A program made the translations under genes and the position numbers. A stretch of 64,000 bases of DNA from Octopus bimaculoides (taxonomy: Eukaryota): positions 141,620,342 to 141,684,341 of the forward strand of contig NC_068983.1 in NCBI RefSeq assembly GCF_001194135.2, in the 5' to 3' direction. Below are positions 12,465-24,425 of the stretch, in pieces. The notes under the pieces are model-generated. The model ran no database searches and had not been told where the DNA came from. It was given only the letters and a program-made list of their open reading frames with translations. The number at the start of each line of letters is the position of its first letter. Position 1 is the stretch's first letter.

Positions 12465-13018
12465 CTTCTGGTCAGGTTTGTAAGATACCAATTCAGCCTA
12501 CTTTTTATCTCATCCTATCTTTTGAATACTACACATGATTTCATAGCTTCTACCTCGGCCAAAGGGAGACATATTGTTACACAACAGCCAGGTACAATTC
12601 CCAACAGTGAGTCATAAGTTCCAATTCAGTTAAGGATCTACGGACACTCCAAGGTTTCTCTATACATGTATAGTGTTTTTTTCCTTTTAGATGTAGATAT
12701 ACATGGCTATATATATATAAACGGCTGTTAGATTTTGCACCTGCTCAAGATTCCTTTAAAATCATTTATACCAACTTTCTCATCTATTTGGATTACCGCT
12801 GCGCATTCATCATCCGCATATTTTGATATCCTCATTGATTTTAATGCGGAAATACAACCTCGCAAGTACATTTATGTATTTATATATTTTAATATTATAT
12901 CGTGTGTATATGAATGCACCTACGTACGCTGTGGAGTATTCCGATGCTTTGAAATATATTGAGTGAATATGAACACTGACCCTTGAAATTTGTTCTCTCT
13001 TTCTTGGTTATGAATAAA

Positions 13019-13254
13019 CAATTGTAGTGTGAAAGATGTTCATAAGCCATTTAAAAACACACAAAAACCGTTAGATTCACTTCAACATTTAACTTTGATT
13101 TGTCAAAATATTTTCGTCGCTTTGAAACTGCGACCTGTTCACTGACAAAATCCCGACGAAAATATTTTGACAAATTAAATTTAAATGTTGAAGTGAATCT
13201 AACGGTTTTTGTGTGTTTTTGAACGGCTTATAAACATCTTCCACGCAGAAATTG
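13019..13254. mobile_element. Second palindromic (fold-back) element, possibly Penelope-like
   Basis: Arms about 13019-13119 and 13154-13254 are near-perfect reverse complements around a 34-nt spacer. Confidence 0.75.
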
Positions 13255-13426
13255 ATCTCAGATCAAGTCACTTGCTATGTAAGTACGAGTAATATCGAGA
13301 ATAACCATCCGAAATTGCAAGGATAATCTGGATCTCGACTGAAGAAAGAAAACTCCGAATGATCTGTCCGTGTTTCCTTGTATCGTTTATCTGGATATTT
13401 TGTGTTCTTGTCCCATTCTGTATTAT

Positions 13427-13458
<32 letters not shown>

Positions 13459-13547
13459 CTTCGCTCTTCTTTTGCAGTCCTATAAACCTTTTTGTTTTTA
13501 TAAGAGACAACTATTATATATATATAGTGTGTGTATACATATATACA

Positions 13548-13643
13548 GGCGTGGCTGTGTGGCAAGAAGCTTGCTTACTAGCCACATAGTTCCAGATTCA
13601 GTCCCACTGCGTAGCACCTTCAGCAAGTGTATTATACTATAGC
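13548..13643 (+). repeat. SINE family A head (runs into a gap)
   Basis: ggcgtggctgtgtgg A-box-like and attcagtccc B-box-like segments. Confidence 0.8.
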
Positions 13644-14008
13644 NNNNNNNNNNNNNNNNNNNNNNNNNNNNNNNNNNNNNNNNNNNNNNNNNNNNNNNNN
13701 NNNNNNNNNNNNNNNNNNNNNNNNNNNNNNNNNNNNNNNNNNNNNNNNNNNNNNNNNNNNNNNNNNNNNNNNNNNNNNNNNNNNNNNNNNNNNNNNNNNN
13801 NNNNNNNNNNNNNNNNNNNNNNNNNNNNNNNNNNNNNNNNNNNNNNNNNNNNNNNNNNNNNNNNNNNNNNNNNNNNNNNNNNNNNNNNNNNNNNNNNNNN
13901 NNNNNNNNNNNNNNNNNNNNNNNNNNNNNNNNNNNNNNNNNNNNNNNNNNNNNNNNNNNNNNNNNNNNNNNNNNNNNNNNNNNNNNNNNNNNNNNNACAT
14001 ATGTTTCC

Positions 14009-14381
14009 TCTCTTTTCTCTTTTACTTGTTTCAGTCATTTCACTGCGGCCATGCTGGAGCACCGCCTTTTAGTCGAGAAAATCGACCCCTGGACTTATTC
14101 TTTGGAAGCTTAGTACTTATTCTGTCGGTCTCTTTTGCCGAACCGCTAAGTTACGGGGACGTAAACACACCACCATCAGTTGTCAAGTGATGTTCGGGTG
14201 GCAAACACAGACACACAAACATATACACACACATATATATACATATATACGATGGGCTTCTTTTAGTTTCCGTCTACCAAATCCACTCACAAGGGTTTGG
14301 TCGGCCCGAGGCTATAGTAGAAGACACTTGCCCAAGGTGCCACACAGTGGGACTGAACTCGGAACCATGTGGTTGGTAAGT
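14009..14381 (-). repeat. SINE family A
   Basis: Near full-length reverse copy between two gaps. Confidence 0.85.
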
Positions 14382-15323
14382 NNNNNNNNNNNNNNNNNNN
14401 NNNNNNNNNNNNNNNNNNNNNNNNNNNNNNNNNNNNNNNNNNNNNNNNNNNNNNNNNNNNNNNNNNNNNNNNNNNNNNNNNNNNNNNNNNNNNNNNNNNN
14501 NNNNNNNNNNNNNNNNNNNNNNNNNNNNNNNNNNNNNNNNNNNNNNNNNNNNNNNNNNNNNNNNNNNNNNNNNNNNNNNNNNNNNNNNNNNNNNNNNNNN
14601 NNNNNNNNNNNNNNNNNNNNNNNNNNNNNNNNNNNNNNNNNNNNNNNNNNNNNNNNNNNNNNNNNNNNNNNNNNNNNNNNNNNNNNNNNNNNNNNNNNNN
14701 NNNNNNNNNNNNNNNNNNNNNNNNNNNNNNNNNNNNNNNNNNNNNNNNNNNNNNNNNNNNNNNNNNNNNNNNNNNNNNNNNNNNNNNNNNNNNNNNNNNN
14801 NNNNNNNNNNNNNNNNNNNNNNNNNNNNNNNNNNNNNNNNNNNNNNNNNNNNNNNNNNNNNNNNNNNNNNNNNNNNNNNNNNATGAAGTTTGAAGTTGTT
14901 GTTCAATGTTGAGCACCACCATATGCATTTATCTCGCCAGTCCGTGATCGAGACGTGCATAGTAGCCACACGTGTACGTAAACATTTACATCAGTGACAT
15001 ATAATATGGCGGATGTTAAAAATATTTTCTGAAACTTTATCTGGCTTCAACTGGTAAAACCAGTCTTAAATCGAAATCAGAATTTACTTTTATTTCTAGA
15101 CGTGATCATGAATGGGGATGAATAAAATGGCACGCAACAATCACAAACGCCCCCACACACACACCTTCCTTCTATTGAGAAGAAAATATTAAATTTCGAA
15201 AGAACATTCAATGCTATCTTACGATCTATGGCACGTACTTGTTTCAATATCCTTTATAATAAAATTTCTCTCTTTAATTACAATTGAATTAATTATTCTA
15301 TTAATAGCTTAGGCATCTTATAA

Positions 15324-15540
15324 GGCGGCGAGCTGGCAGAATCGTTAGCATGCCGGGGAAAATGCTTAGTGACATTTCGTCCGTCTTTACGTTCTGATTT
15401 CAAATTCTGCCAAGGCCCACTTTGCGTTTGGTCCTTTTGGATCGTTAAAAACAGTACCAGTTTAGCACTGGGGTCGATATAATCGATTTATCCTTCCCCC
15501 GTATTTGCTCGACTTGTGTTAAAATTTGACACCAATATAT
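15324..15540 (+). repeat. SINE family B
   Basis: ggcggcgagctggcagaatcgttagc head and gtcgat...atcga internal palindrome. Confidence 0.85.
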
Positions 15541-16704
15541 TACTCATCTACAGCTGTGAATATAGCTGGGGGTAATAGAGCCAAACTTAGTAACATAAAG
15601 GTTTTCATCAAACCTGAAAAGCTAGAGAAAAATTTGAGCTCTTTCAGAACTGCACATGGCGAAAGCGGTGACTGACCTTCACAACTCTCTTGCTACCAGT
15701 GGCGGTTCGTGTATAGGAACTGTGGAACTGCAGCACTCACTATTTCCACTCGATATAATCGATTACATTCAATATAATGACTCCTTTTTTTTTCTTTCAT
15801 TCTGTCGTTATACTTGTACATTATATAATCCTTAAGCTTAATGTCAGTAGCTAGTTTATGAAAAAAAAATCCTTGTATAGAATTGTGCGCTTTACAGTTC
15901 CAATGAGGCGATGTTTGGCTGTTGTGCGCATGTTCACATATCCGAGATAGGAAGCTTCATATTAGTGGGGGTGAGAGAGAGCACTGCGTGAACGACAGTG
16001 CTGGTTGAAATGTAGTGTTTCTTTTTGACTCTGCATGTTTTGTGCTTAAAAACGTGTTTATATTCTTGAATATGATAAAGTGTAGAATTATCTTGCTTCA
16101 AGATTCAGTGTTGCTGCCAGGATTTGAAAAATAGGGCGCATTTCCACCACCCCGCCCCCTTATTTTGTGGTTTAGTGGGGATTTTTGAAAAACAAGGGGG
16201 AATTTGCGACGGTGTTCAGTGAACAAATTAAACACACTACCCAGCAGTGGCTAAATCGCGAACCGATCAAGTTTATGTATAACGTTTCTTTTTATATGTT
16301 TGTTTCCTTTTACACCGTATTAATACAATGGCTAAAAATTTTCTGAAGCAGCATCCCCACTAATTTTATCTACGAGCCACCACTGCTTGCTACACCTTTA
16401 GCGTGAATAAATTTATTGCAGTCTTCACGCATTCTAAGGCAGTGGGGTTGGTAGAATCACTAGAGAGATGAACAAATATCTTGCAGTGGTAATGTCCTTT
16501 AATATTCTGATTTCAAGTCCCATTGGCATCGACTTTGCTTCTTAACCTTCTGGAGTCAATAGAATAAAGTATAGAATCGATATAATCGACTGTTCTCTTA
16601 AGTTTGCGGCCTTGTGCCTATGTGAGAAATTACGTTCTGCGTTCAAATCTCACCGTGGGTGATTTTGTATTTCATACTTCTAGGATTGATAAAAAAATAA
16701 GTAC

Positions 16705-17623
16705 TGTAGTGAAACCTCTCTCTCGGGCATTCAATCATAAATGATAACGAAGCTGCTAACATCTAGCCTTCGGCTACCTTGGACCCTTCTGTCCAACATC
16801 CTGATTGGTTCTTATTTTGCGCGGCAATTGTCCCCATGTTCTGCTTACTAAGGGAGCATTCATCCAATCGTGGCTTTGGGATAAAGTCACGTGATAGAGT
16901 TTTACTGGGTTTCCGGTGAGCCCTTTTTCACCTATAAATAAGGCCAATCCAACGACGGCAATCGTCTTCGATTTCAGATCTCTCACAGGTCTGGTCGTTG
17001 ACCACACATATACAGAACACAGCTACAGCCAGTTCCAGCGCCTTCACCACCAATGTACTGTCTACCATTGTCGTCGCCAGCAACACCAACATCAACAAGC
17101 GCGGTTTTATCTCGATGCTATATGAGTGGAGTTTCCACTCACGAACAACAGTCAGAACTAACCAGCGAGAATATTCCGCACCAGATAACAGATCACCGCA
17201 TCCGACGCTCAACACACATGTGTATGAACATTCTATCTCCTTGTGTAGCTCTTATACGAACTGGTATTTCTCTATCGCAGTGTTTTAAGACTTTTTACAG
17301 TCTATGTTACAGACACTCTTTCTATGTTCTGTGTTTCCTCTGATTCACACGCACACTTGTACTCTCACATATTGTACACACACTATTGTTTATACGACTG
17401 TCCGTCACTTCACATTGTTGTATACATTCTCTTGTACACGAAGGCCTGAATTATCTACTGTCTTAATTTTATGTCACAGACACAAACAGTTTCACTTTGT
17501 AAATAAACGTATTCTCATTATATATCTAACGGTTGGGTTTGCCCTAAGTTCTTTTACTGGCACTCTTACGACGAGCCTATTATCTTATATATAATCTTGT
17601 ATTTTGTGTTGGACCGTGCAACA
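16705..17623 (+). mobile_element. LTR-like block with promoter and poly(A) signals
   Basis: TGT...ACA ends; ATTGG at 16804, CCAAT at 16864, CACGTG at 16888, TATAAATA at 16933 and AATAAA at 17502; begins inside a SINE B copy. No target-site duplication or convincing primer-binding site was found. Confidence 0.4.
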
Positions 17624-17958
17624 TGGTAAAAAGGAGCCTTTTCCCGTCTACGTCGCCATCTCCTTTGGTTCGCACGGTCGAAGTATTACAGTACTATCAA
17701 GTTAACGGCGTCCTCTTCCTCAAACTGTATGTACTTGTATCTTTTCCACGTATTATTTAGTTCAGTCCTTCTCAGTTTCGAGTTCATATCCATCCGGGGT
17801 TGATTTCATTTTTACTGTGGTCTTATGAGTACTTGATAAATCAAATACTAATGTATTGTGTTTGGCGGTTGATTTAATTCATTATTACTCGACCTTGCTG
17901 TATACTGCGTTTCTCTCTCCTTCTCAGAAGATTCTAAACACGGTTCTGTTCTTTTGAG

Positions 17959-18777
17959 TTACCTAACTACATAACCTTTCCATTCATCCATCCATCCTAT
18001 TCGATTCTTTTCCTCGTTGCTCTTACTCAATGTTACTATCCAGGCCGCACCAAACCCTTCGAGCTGATCTTTTAGGAATTGATCTAGAATGTGCATTCGC
18101 CCGGGGTAGGCTGAGCTGACTCCGTGCAACGAGTTCACCATGTTCCTCACGAATGTTGACCACATCCGACAGTCGGCCCTAACGTTCCAGCAGACAAAGT
18201 ACTGTAATGCTTCAGTCTGCGGCCCAAATTTCTAGCTTACAAATTTGACAAATACCCTACTGGATGAGCAAGCGCATCGGAGAGCGCGACCGCCATAGCA
18301 ATAATCGTCACTCGTTGTTGAGATGTAAAGTTCAGTCGGAAAACAAGTTCACATGTGATCCCCGACTACCTGCATACACACTTTGGGATAGTGTGATCCG
18401 TAGCAGCTCATCTTGCCGTCGATTGTCGACCGTCGCAAAGATTCGCTAACCAAGCTACCGCCGATTATCAAAGCAGATGAGGCTGAAACAATGTACCTCT
18501 TGACCCCCACCTCTTCTAGGCCCTGCAAATAAGTAGTTGTCCGCGACTGTTTCCATAACATTTGACATATTAGATAACAAGTTTTTGTTTGGTGTCGTAA
18601 GAGAAGTTTCCTCTTTTAAGGGTACACGCTGTCGTGTGTTTCCATAAGCTGGCGGTACGTACCTGTACAGAAGTTACATTTGAAGAATTTGGTGGGGATA
18701 AGAACCAGTTTTGGAGTACACAGAGCAGTTGACAGATGAAACATCGTCAGAACCAGCCACCTCGGTAGCTGAAGTGA
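17959..18777 (-). pseudogene. Decayed reading frame of unknown origin (probably transposon-derived)
   Basis: One minus-strand frame of 273 codons has only three internal stops; it includes the track ORFs 18349-18561 and 17959-18165. Confidence 0.35.
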
Positions 18778-19488
18778 TCAGCGAAGTTCGCAGACTCGGC
18801 AACATTTTGCACGCAGAGGTAGGAGTCAAGAAAATAAGCTAGACAGGACTTTTGTTTCAAGTGTTCAAAGTGAGATGGTAGCAAATGTGATAGCTTTATT
18901 AGCAGCAGTGCTAATTAGAGTTCACTTGCTACATTGATGGCAGATAGGGGGCTACAAAGTTAGAAAAAGATCTTCTTAACGACAGACGACGGTTTCTGTT
19001 ATTAAACACATAAACAATTAGTTATAACGTAATTGGTATTCTATAGTTAATTTACTACAGTAACTTTAATCAGTAAAAGTATCGTGTTAAACCGTATTTT
19101 CACAATAGAAGTCGACTGGACTCGATAACTGACAAGCAGTTCAAAGTTTTGTGTTTACGAGTTCTGAATATCGTGCAACGATTAGCCCCAGTGATTCACC
19201 CATCCACGATTTTCGAGCCAGAAGTAAATGTGATACAGGATGTGTTGCTGGTATATCCGAGTTAAATGAAATTTTTATCCAACGACATTTCATACGGTTG
19301 GGTTGCAATTTGAGAACGATCTGTTTATCTTTATATTTTCTTTTTTTTAACATATCAAAGGACTACGTCCAAATTCCTCGTTGACTAGTGTACCCACGTT
19401 TTACATAAGATCAACGATGTCACATATCAACATTTATGTCAGATACTTTACATGGCTTACAGTGAATGTAAAAGTTTTTTGTTTGGAA

Positions 19489-19704
19489 GGCGGCGAGCTG
19501 GCAGAAACGTTAGCACGCCGGGCGAAATGCTGAGCAGTATTTTGTCTGTCTTTACATTCTGAATTTAAATTCCGCCGATGTCGACTTTGCCTTTCATCCT
19601 TTCGGGGTCGATGAATTAAGTACCAGTTGCATACTGAAGTCGACCTAATCGACTGGCCCCCTCACCCTAAATTTCGGGCCTTGTGCTTAGAGTAGAAAAG
19701 AAAA
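19489..19704 (+). repeat. SINE family B
   Basis: Well-preserved, CpG-rich copy. Confidence 0.88.
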
Positions 19705-19823
19705 GCTTTTGCCTGACTATATACAGCACCTGAGACTGCAGCAACAATTGGGTCATTGCTTTCAACTACACCAACCTCACTAATCTGAGAAAGAGGGCAA
19801 AGGTTGTAGACGTTGTCACCACA

Positions 19824-19981
<158 letters not shown>

Positions 19982-20489
19982 TTCAGTAAAAAAATAATCC
20001 AGACACTTTAGCAGGAACTGATCCCAGAAAGGTAGAATTGTTAGAGTTGTTGGTCAAAATGCATGCGTATTTAGCTACTAACCTTTACATTTCTAATACC
20101 ACCAAGGTCAACTTTGCTTTTCCTTCTTCGATATAATAAAGTTCCAGTCAAGTAATGAGTTGATCTAATTTTCCTAGAAAACATTTTAGATGTCAATTGA
20201 AATTACATTAGACAAGAAGCGCCAACATTATTTTAAAGCATGAACGACACTCGAAGCCTGATTGAGACTCTAAGCACGTAAAAAATTCTGGTGTCCCAAT
20301 GTATATGGAATTCAAAACATAAACAATAATAAACCATAAAATAAACTTTTATTTTTCAAAATGAAACAAAGCTAACAATAAGATAGAAATTAGTGTTTAT
20401 TTTTATATACTTCCACTTTTTTATATATGAAAAGTTTTCTCTTACTTTCTTTAATTGCTTTGATCAGATCTTCACTATGACACTATAAT

Positions 20490-20563
20490 CACTTCGAAAT
20501 TACATCTCCGATCATTAAAACCACTTCGAAATTACATCTCCGATCATTAAAACCACTTCGAAA
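20490..20563. repeat. 32-bp tandem repeat, 2.3 copies
   Basis: cacttcgaaattacatctccgatcattaaaac units. Confidence 0.9.
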
Positions 20564-23545
20564 CCTCATTTAGCAAGTGAATTCTTCTGTGCCGTAAACC
20601 TTTATCATTTCTGTGGTACCCCTTCCCTTTCCCTTGGTACCCTAAACACTAGCTTATTTTGCTTGATTATTAATCCAGCGCTGACAACTCGTAAGACATG
20701 TAGTTCTTACAGAAAGACGGAATGATCATAGATGAAATGCTTTCAGCATAACTGGTTAATCAAGGCTATTCTGGTGTCAAACACCTACAACTCTCAGCAG
20801 GGCTTAGAAAATGCCATGACAGTTATTATAACTGTTTCCCAGTATTTCTTTACACGTGTACTAGCGTGTTTATCCAATAAGCTACTAATACTGGCAAATT
20901 AGAGGAATAAGATCTTACTACCTTTCGTTTGTAAAAACATTTTGATGCAAGCACAAGTTCAGAAACTTTGGTGTCGAGCTTATATAATTAAATCAACTCT
21001 AGTATGTAACAAAGTACTTTATTTATCGACCCTGAACAATTATCCCTTATTCTAACAGTAGTGCTTTACAGCTTCATGTCTTTACATACTGGTTTCAAAT
21101 TCCTTTAAAAACATGTCTTTTTATCTTTCCCAATTGCAGTTAAGTACTGAGAATTGTAATTTTCTATGATATTTTTAGCCTCAGGTGTTAGAAAGTATGA
21201 AAAATCAATAGAGTACAGCATTGGAAGTAGATTAGCAGAATTGGTGAAGACTTAGGCAAAATGCTATTCAGTGTTAGGCTCCTTTATAATGTATGTTCAA
21301 ATCCCACCAAAGTAAATGCCAATCCCCTCACCTAAAACATTTGTAGTCTTGCATCTAGGTTAAAAAATTAAATATATGTATTAATCCATTTCATTCCTCT
21401 TTGTTTTCCCTCTCATTACCCCTCCTTTAAATATAACATCAAGATTCTTGTATTGATGTAATTATCAGCTGCATTGCTCAAAATACTGCAGTTCAACTTT
21501 ATTTTGGAAAATTGCCTACATTAAACAGCTGATGGTGCAATCTTGACATAACTAAGCTGAATGAAATTTACCAAGACTTCACTGACCAAATCAATAATTA
21601 TTCCTATGTGTGTTGGTTAGGCTGTTTATAGAACTGTATCGACAAAATTTGTGTAGTCACAAATATCTGCAGTGCAGAAAAGAGAACATTTTTGTGTAAG
21701 ATGACCTCTCTTTCTCCTTATATTATCAATCTCCTTCCTTCTATATCCCCCTTTTGTTTTAGTTTTTCATTTTTTTTTTGTTATCAAATACCACCAGTGT
21801 AACTGAGTTACATTCCTGAGAAGATACTCAATTTCACATTTAGGTTAAACCCCAACAGTAGGAAAAGTCAGGTTGTTAAAATTTTGCATAGTATTGTTCA
21901 AGTAGAAAGTAAATCTGAGTTAAGTCAGCGATTTCTTTTTTGGATAACTAGATTGTTTGACCTTTATTCGTTTACTTGGCTGGGAGTGGAGTCTTGACTG
22001 ATATAAGATACCTACACAGAATGTAGACTAAATACTTTCACCGAATTATCTTTCAGTCAAATTAACTTTTGGCTCAGATTCATTTTAAAATTAAGTATTT
22101 GATAGAAAGAAAGAAAGAATAACTTAATAATAATGGGGAGGGGAGATTGAAATTTGAATTTTGAAAGAACATTCTAGACTGGTCTGACATGTTTTAATAT
22201 TACTTACAAAGTAATGGTGAAACAGTATTATTTTTAATTAACAATACTATATTGCTACTGATGTAGTTGGCTAATTATACTGGCTTCTCTTAAAGAATCA
22301 CCTTCAATAAAGTCTTTTCTAATTCAATAGATCTATCAATTTCATTATTTATTATTGTTTTATATGTTTTACAGTTTTTCTTTCTAAAGAAGGATCTAAG
22401 TTAATTTATTCTTATGATAAACATTTTTAAATGAGTTTTGTGGACAGACAAGTGTTGTAGCATGGCCACAAACCCAAGAATTAAAACAAGTAAAATAGTA
22501 AATGTTTCATCCTGCAAAGATCATGGATGTCCCTTGTCCTTTTTGGATAAGTCACTTAAAAAAAAAAACATAAAGCTAATACAGTGTTTCATCCATCTGG
22601 TTTTATGGTTTAAATTCTGCTGCTGTCAACTTTGCCCTTCATGGCTTTGAGTCTAGTCAAAGAAAATCATTCAGCTTAAGAATCTGACCAACCAAATTTT
22701 GAGTTTTGCTCTGTGTCGCTAATCAAAACATATACACTCGCAATGTTTTTTCTTTTTTTCTTAAACCATGGTATTTGAAAGAATGTTATATTTTCTTAAT
22801 CACCCATCTTCAATATGTCTAAATATAGCCTAGATAGTCATTTATAAGCATGTTCTTGAAATACTTTATTTAGTAAATGAACTTCAGACTTGTTGAAGAA
22901 GATTAATCTCTTCATTTCTCACTGGTAAGGAACTAATCAAGCTGTGTCACTGCCTTTATCAGTCTCACAGCTTGGTAGGTTAGGTGTGTCACCTACTTAA
23001 GATAAACAAGTTACCAAACTATTCAGTCTGTTATTCTACTAAATATCAAATATACTAACATCAAGAGACATTAACACCAAAACCAGAAGAAAATTATTGA
23101 AACGTTATGTGTCCCACTTTGTAACATGTTGTTGAAACAGACATTAATTATCAAACAAGTTGCATGGCTTTGAGATGTTGAGATGTTAGCATAAAGAAAC
23201 TTGCTATCATAGACCAGGCACAAAATTCATGATGAAGCACTAAAAATGGCAAAAACTAAAGACATTTTGTTGGACACATTTGAGTAAAAAATGGTCTCCA
23301 AATATTACGAGAGAAAGCAAAATAAATGGGAAGAAAGAAAGGGAATTACATAGATAGATAATATCAAAAATTGAACAGAGGTTAAATATTATAAATGTAT
23401 AAGGACAACAAAAGAAAGATCAGGATAGTAACCCATGATATTCAACCTGCTTAGAACAGATGATATCTGATGGCAGTGATGATTCTGCCATCAAAAGATT
23501 GTCCTGTGTTAGAACAGTTTAAGCTTTTGCTATACTTTAGCTTAA

Positions 23546-23780
23546 CTCTTTCAGGTCCATTTTTCATCAGAATTATGTGTTTCCATGAATTTTGAAAAAT
23601 CAAGAATTTCAAAGGTTTTAATAAAACGACAAACTACTCCATTATTAAGTTGCCATTTGAAACATAACTAAAATTTCATACATACAATTATGATGCAATT
23701 TAATTGAAATATAAACACTATAAAAACAGTAAACTACCTGAAACAACCTCTAGTTCTGTGGTACAAAACTATCAAAAGGA
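23546..23780. mobile_element. Degenerate TTAA-flanked MITE
   Basis: TTAA|ctctttc...tcaaaagga|TTAA; the interior resembles 52716-52870. Confidence 0.4.
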
Positions 23781-24021
23781 TTAATACTGATTTCTATCAT
23801 TAGAACAAGGCTACAAATTTGGAGGTTTTATCCAGCTCTAATGCATATCTGTACTGTCCCTTTATTGACACTCAAGAAAGACGATAAAGTGTTGTGGGGT
23901 TTAAACTGTAAGGCATTTAATTTAGTACTCTACTATTTCTTATATTCCATAACTCATTAATATTAGTAATATTGGCATTATTTACATTTGACAGATATTT
24001 GTCCTCATCTTGTTTGCTGTT

Positions 24022-24067
24022 AACACAATGTTTCGGCTGATAAACACTCCAGCCTTCATCAGGTGTC
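24022..24067 (-). ncRNA. Minimal type I hammerhead ribozyme motif (left arm)
   Basis: GACAC CUGAUGA A GGCUG gaguguuuau CAGCC GAAA C AUU GUGUU: intact core and stems I and II; one stem III change (G16.2 to A). Confidence 0.6.
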
Positions 24068-24114
24068 TTGGGGAAATTTCGAACCTGGGATCTCATTCCT
24101 AAGGTATTTTTCGA

Positions 24115-24145
<31 letters not shown>

Positions 24146-24379
24146 GTTATTATTCAGATCACTGCCTGGAATCGAACTTGGAATCTTGGGGTTAATAGCC
24201 CATGCTCTTAACCACTATGCTATATGCCCGTGGCGTAGTGGTTAAGAGCGTGGGCTACTAACTCCAAGATTCCAAGTTCAATTCCAGGCAGTGACCTGAA
24301 TAATAATAATAATGATAATAATAATAATAACATCAAAAAATACCTTAGGAATGAGAACCCAGGTTCAAAATTTCTCCAA

Positions 24380-24425
24380 GACACTTGATGAAGGCTGGAG
24401 GGTTTATCAGCCAAAACGTTGTGTT
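24380..24425 (+). ncRNA. Minimal hammerhead motif (right arm), core mutated
   Basis: GACAC UUGAUGA A GGCUG gaggguuuau CAGCC AAAA C GUU GUGUU: C3U and G12A changes; the palindromic AACGUU is intact. Confidence 0.45.

Noticed and set aside
13627-14969. Long ORFs in the track that are filled with X (also 32616-33642, 36492-37054 and 45053-45305)
   Set aside because: They are artefacts of N-gaps (13644-13996, 14382-14882, 32876-33580, 36646-36906, 45162-45229).
15697-16270. CAGTGGCGG-ended DNA transposon
   Set aside because: Only a partial match of about 9 nt at the putative right end, and no target-site duplication.
22888-22924. 37-nt AG...G|GTAAGG exon candidate
   Set aside because: It has an in-frame TGA in the phase needed to join 27767; it could only be UTR and there is no other support.
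24231-24295. tRNA genes (also the tRNA-like heads at 13548, 35810, 49691 and 56517)
   Set aside because: They have A and B boxes but no closed acceptor stem, and they continue into repeat bodies, so they are SINE heads.
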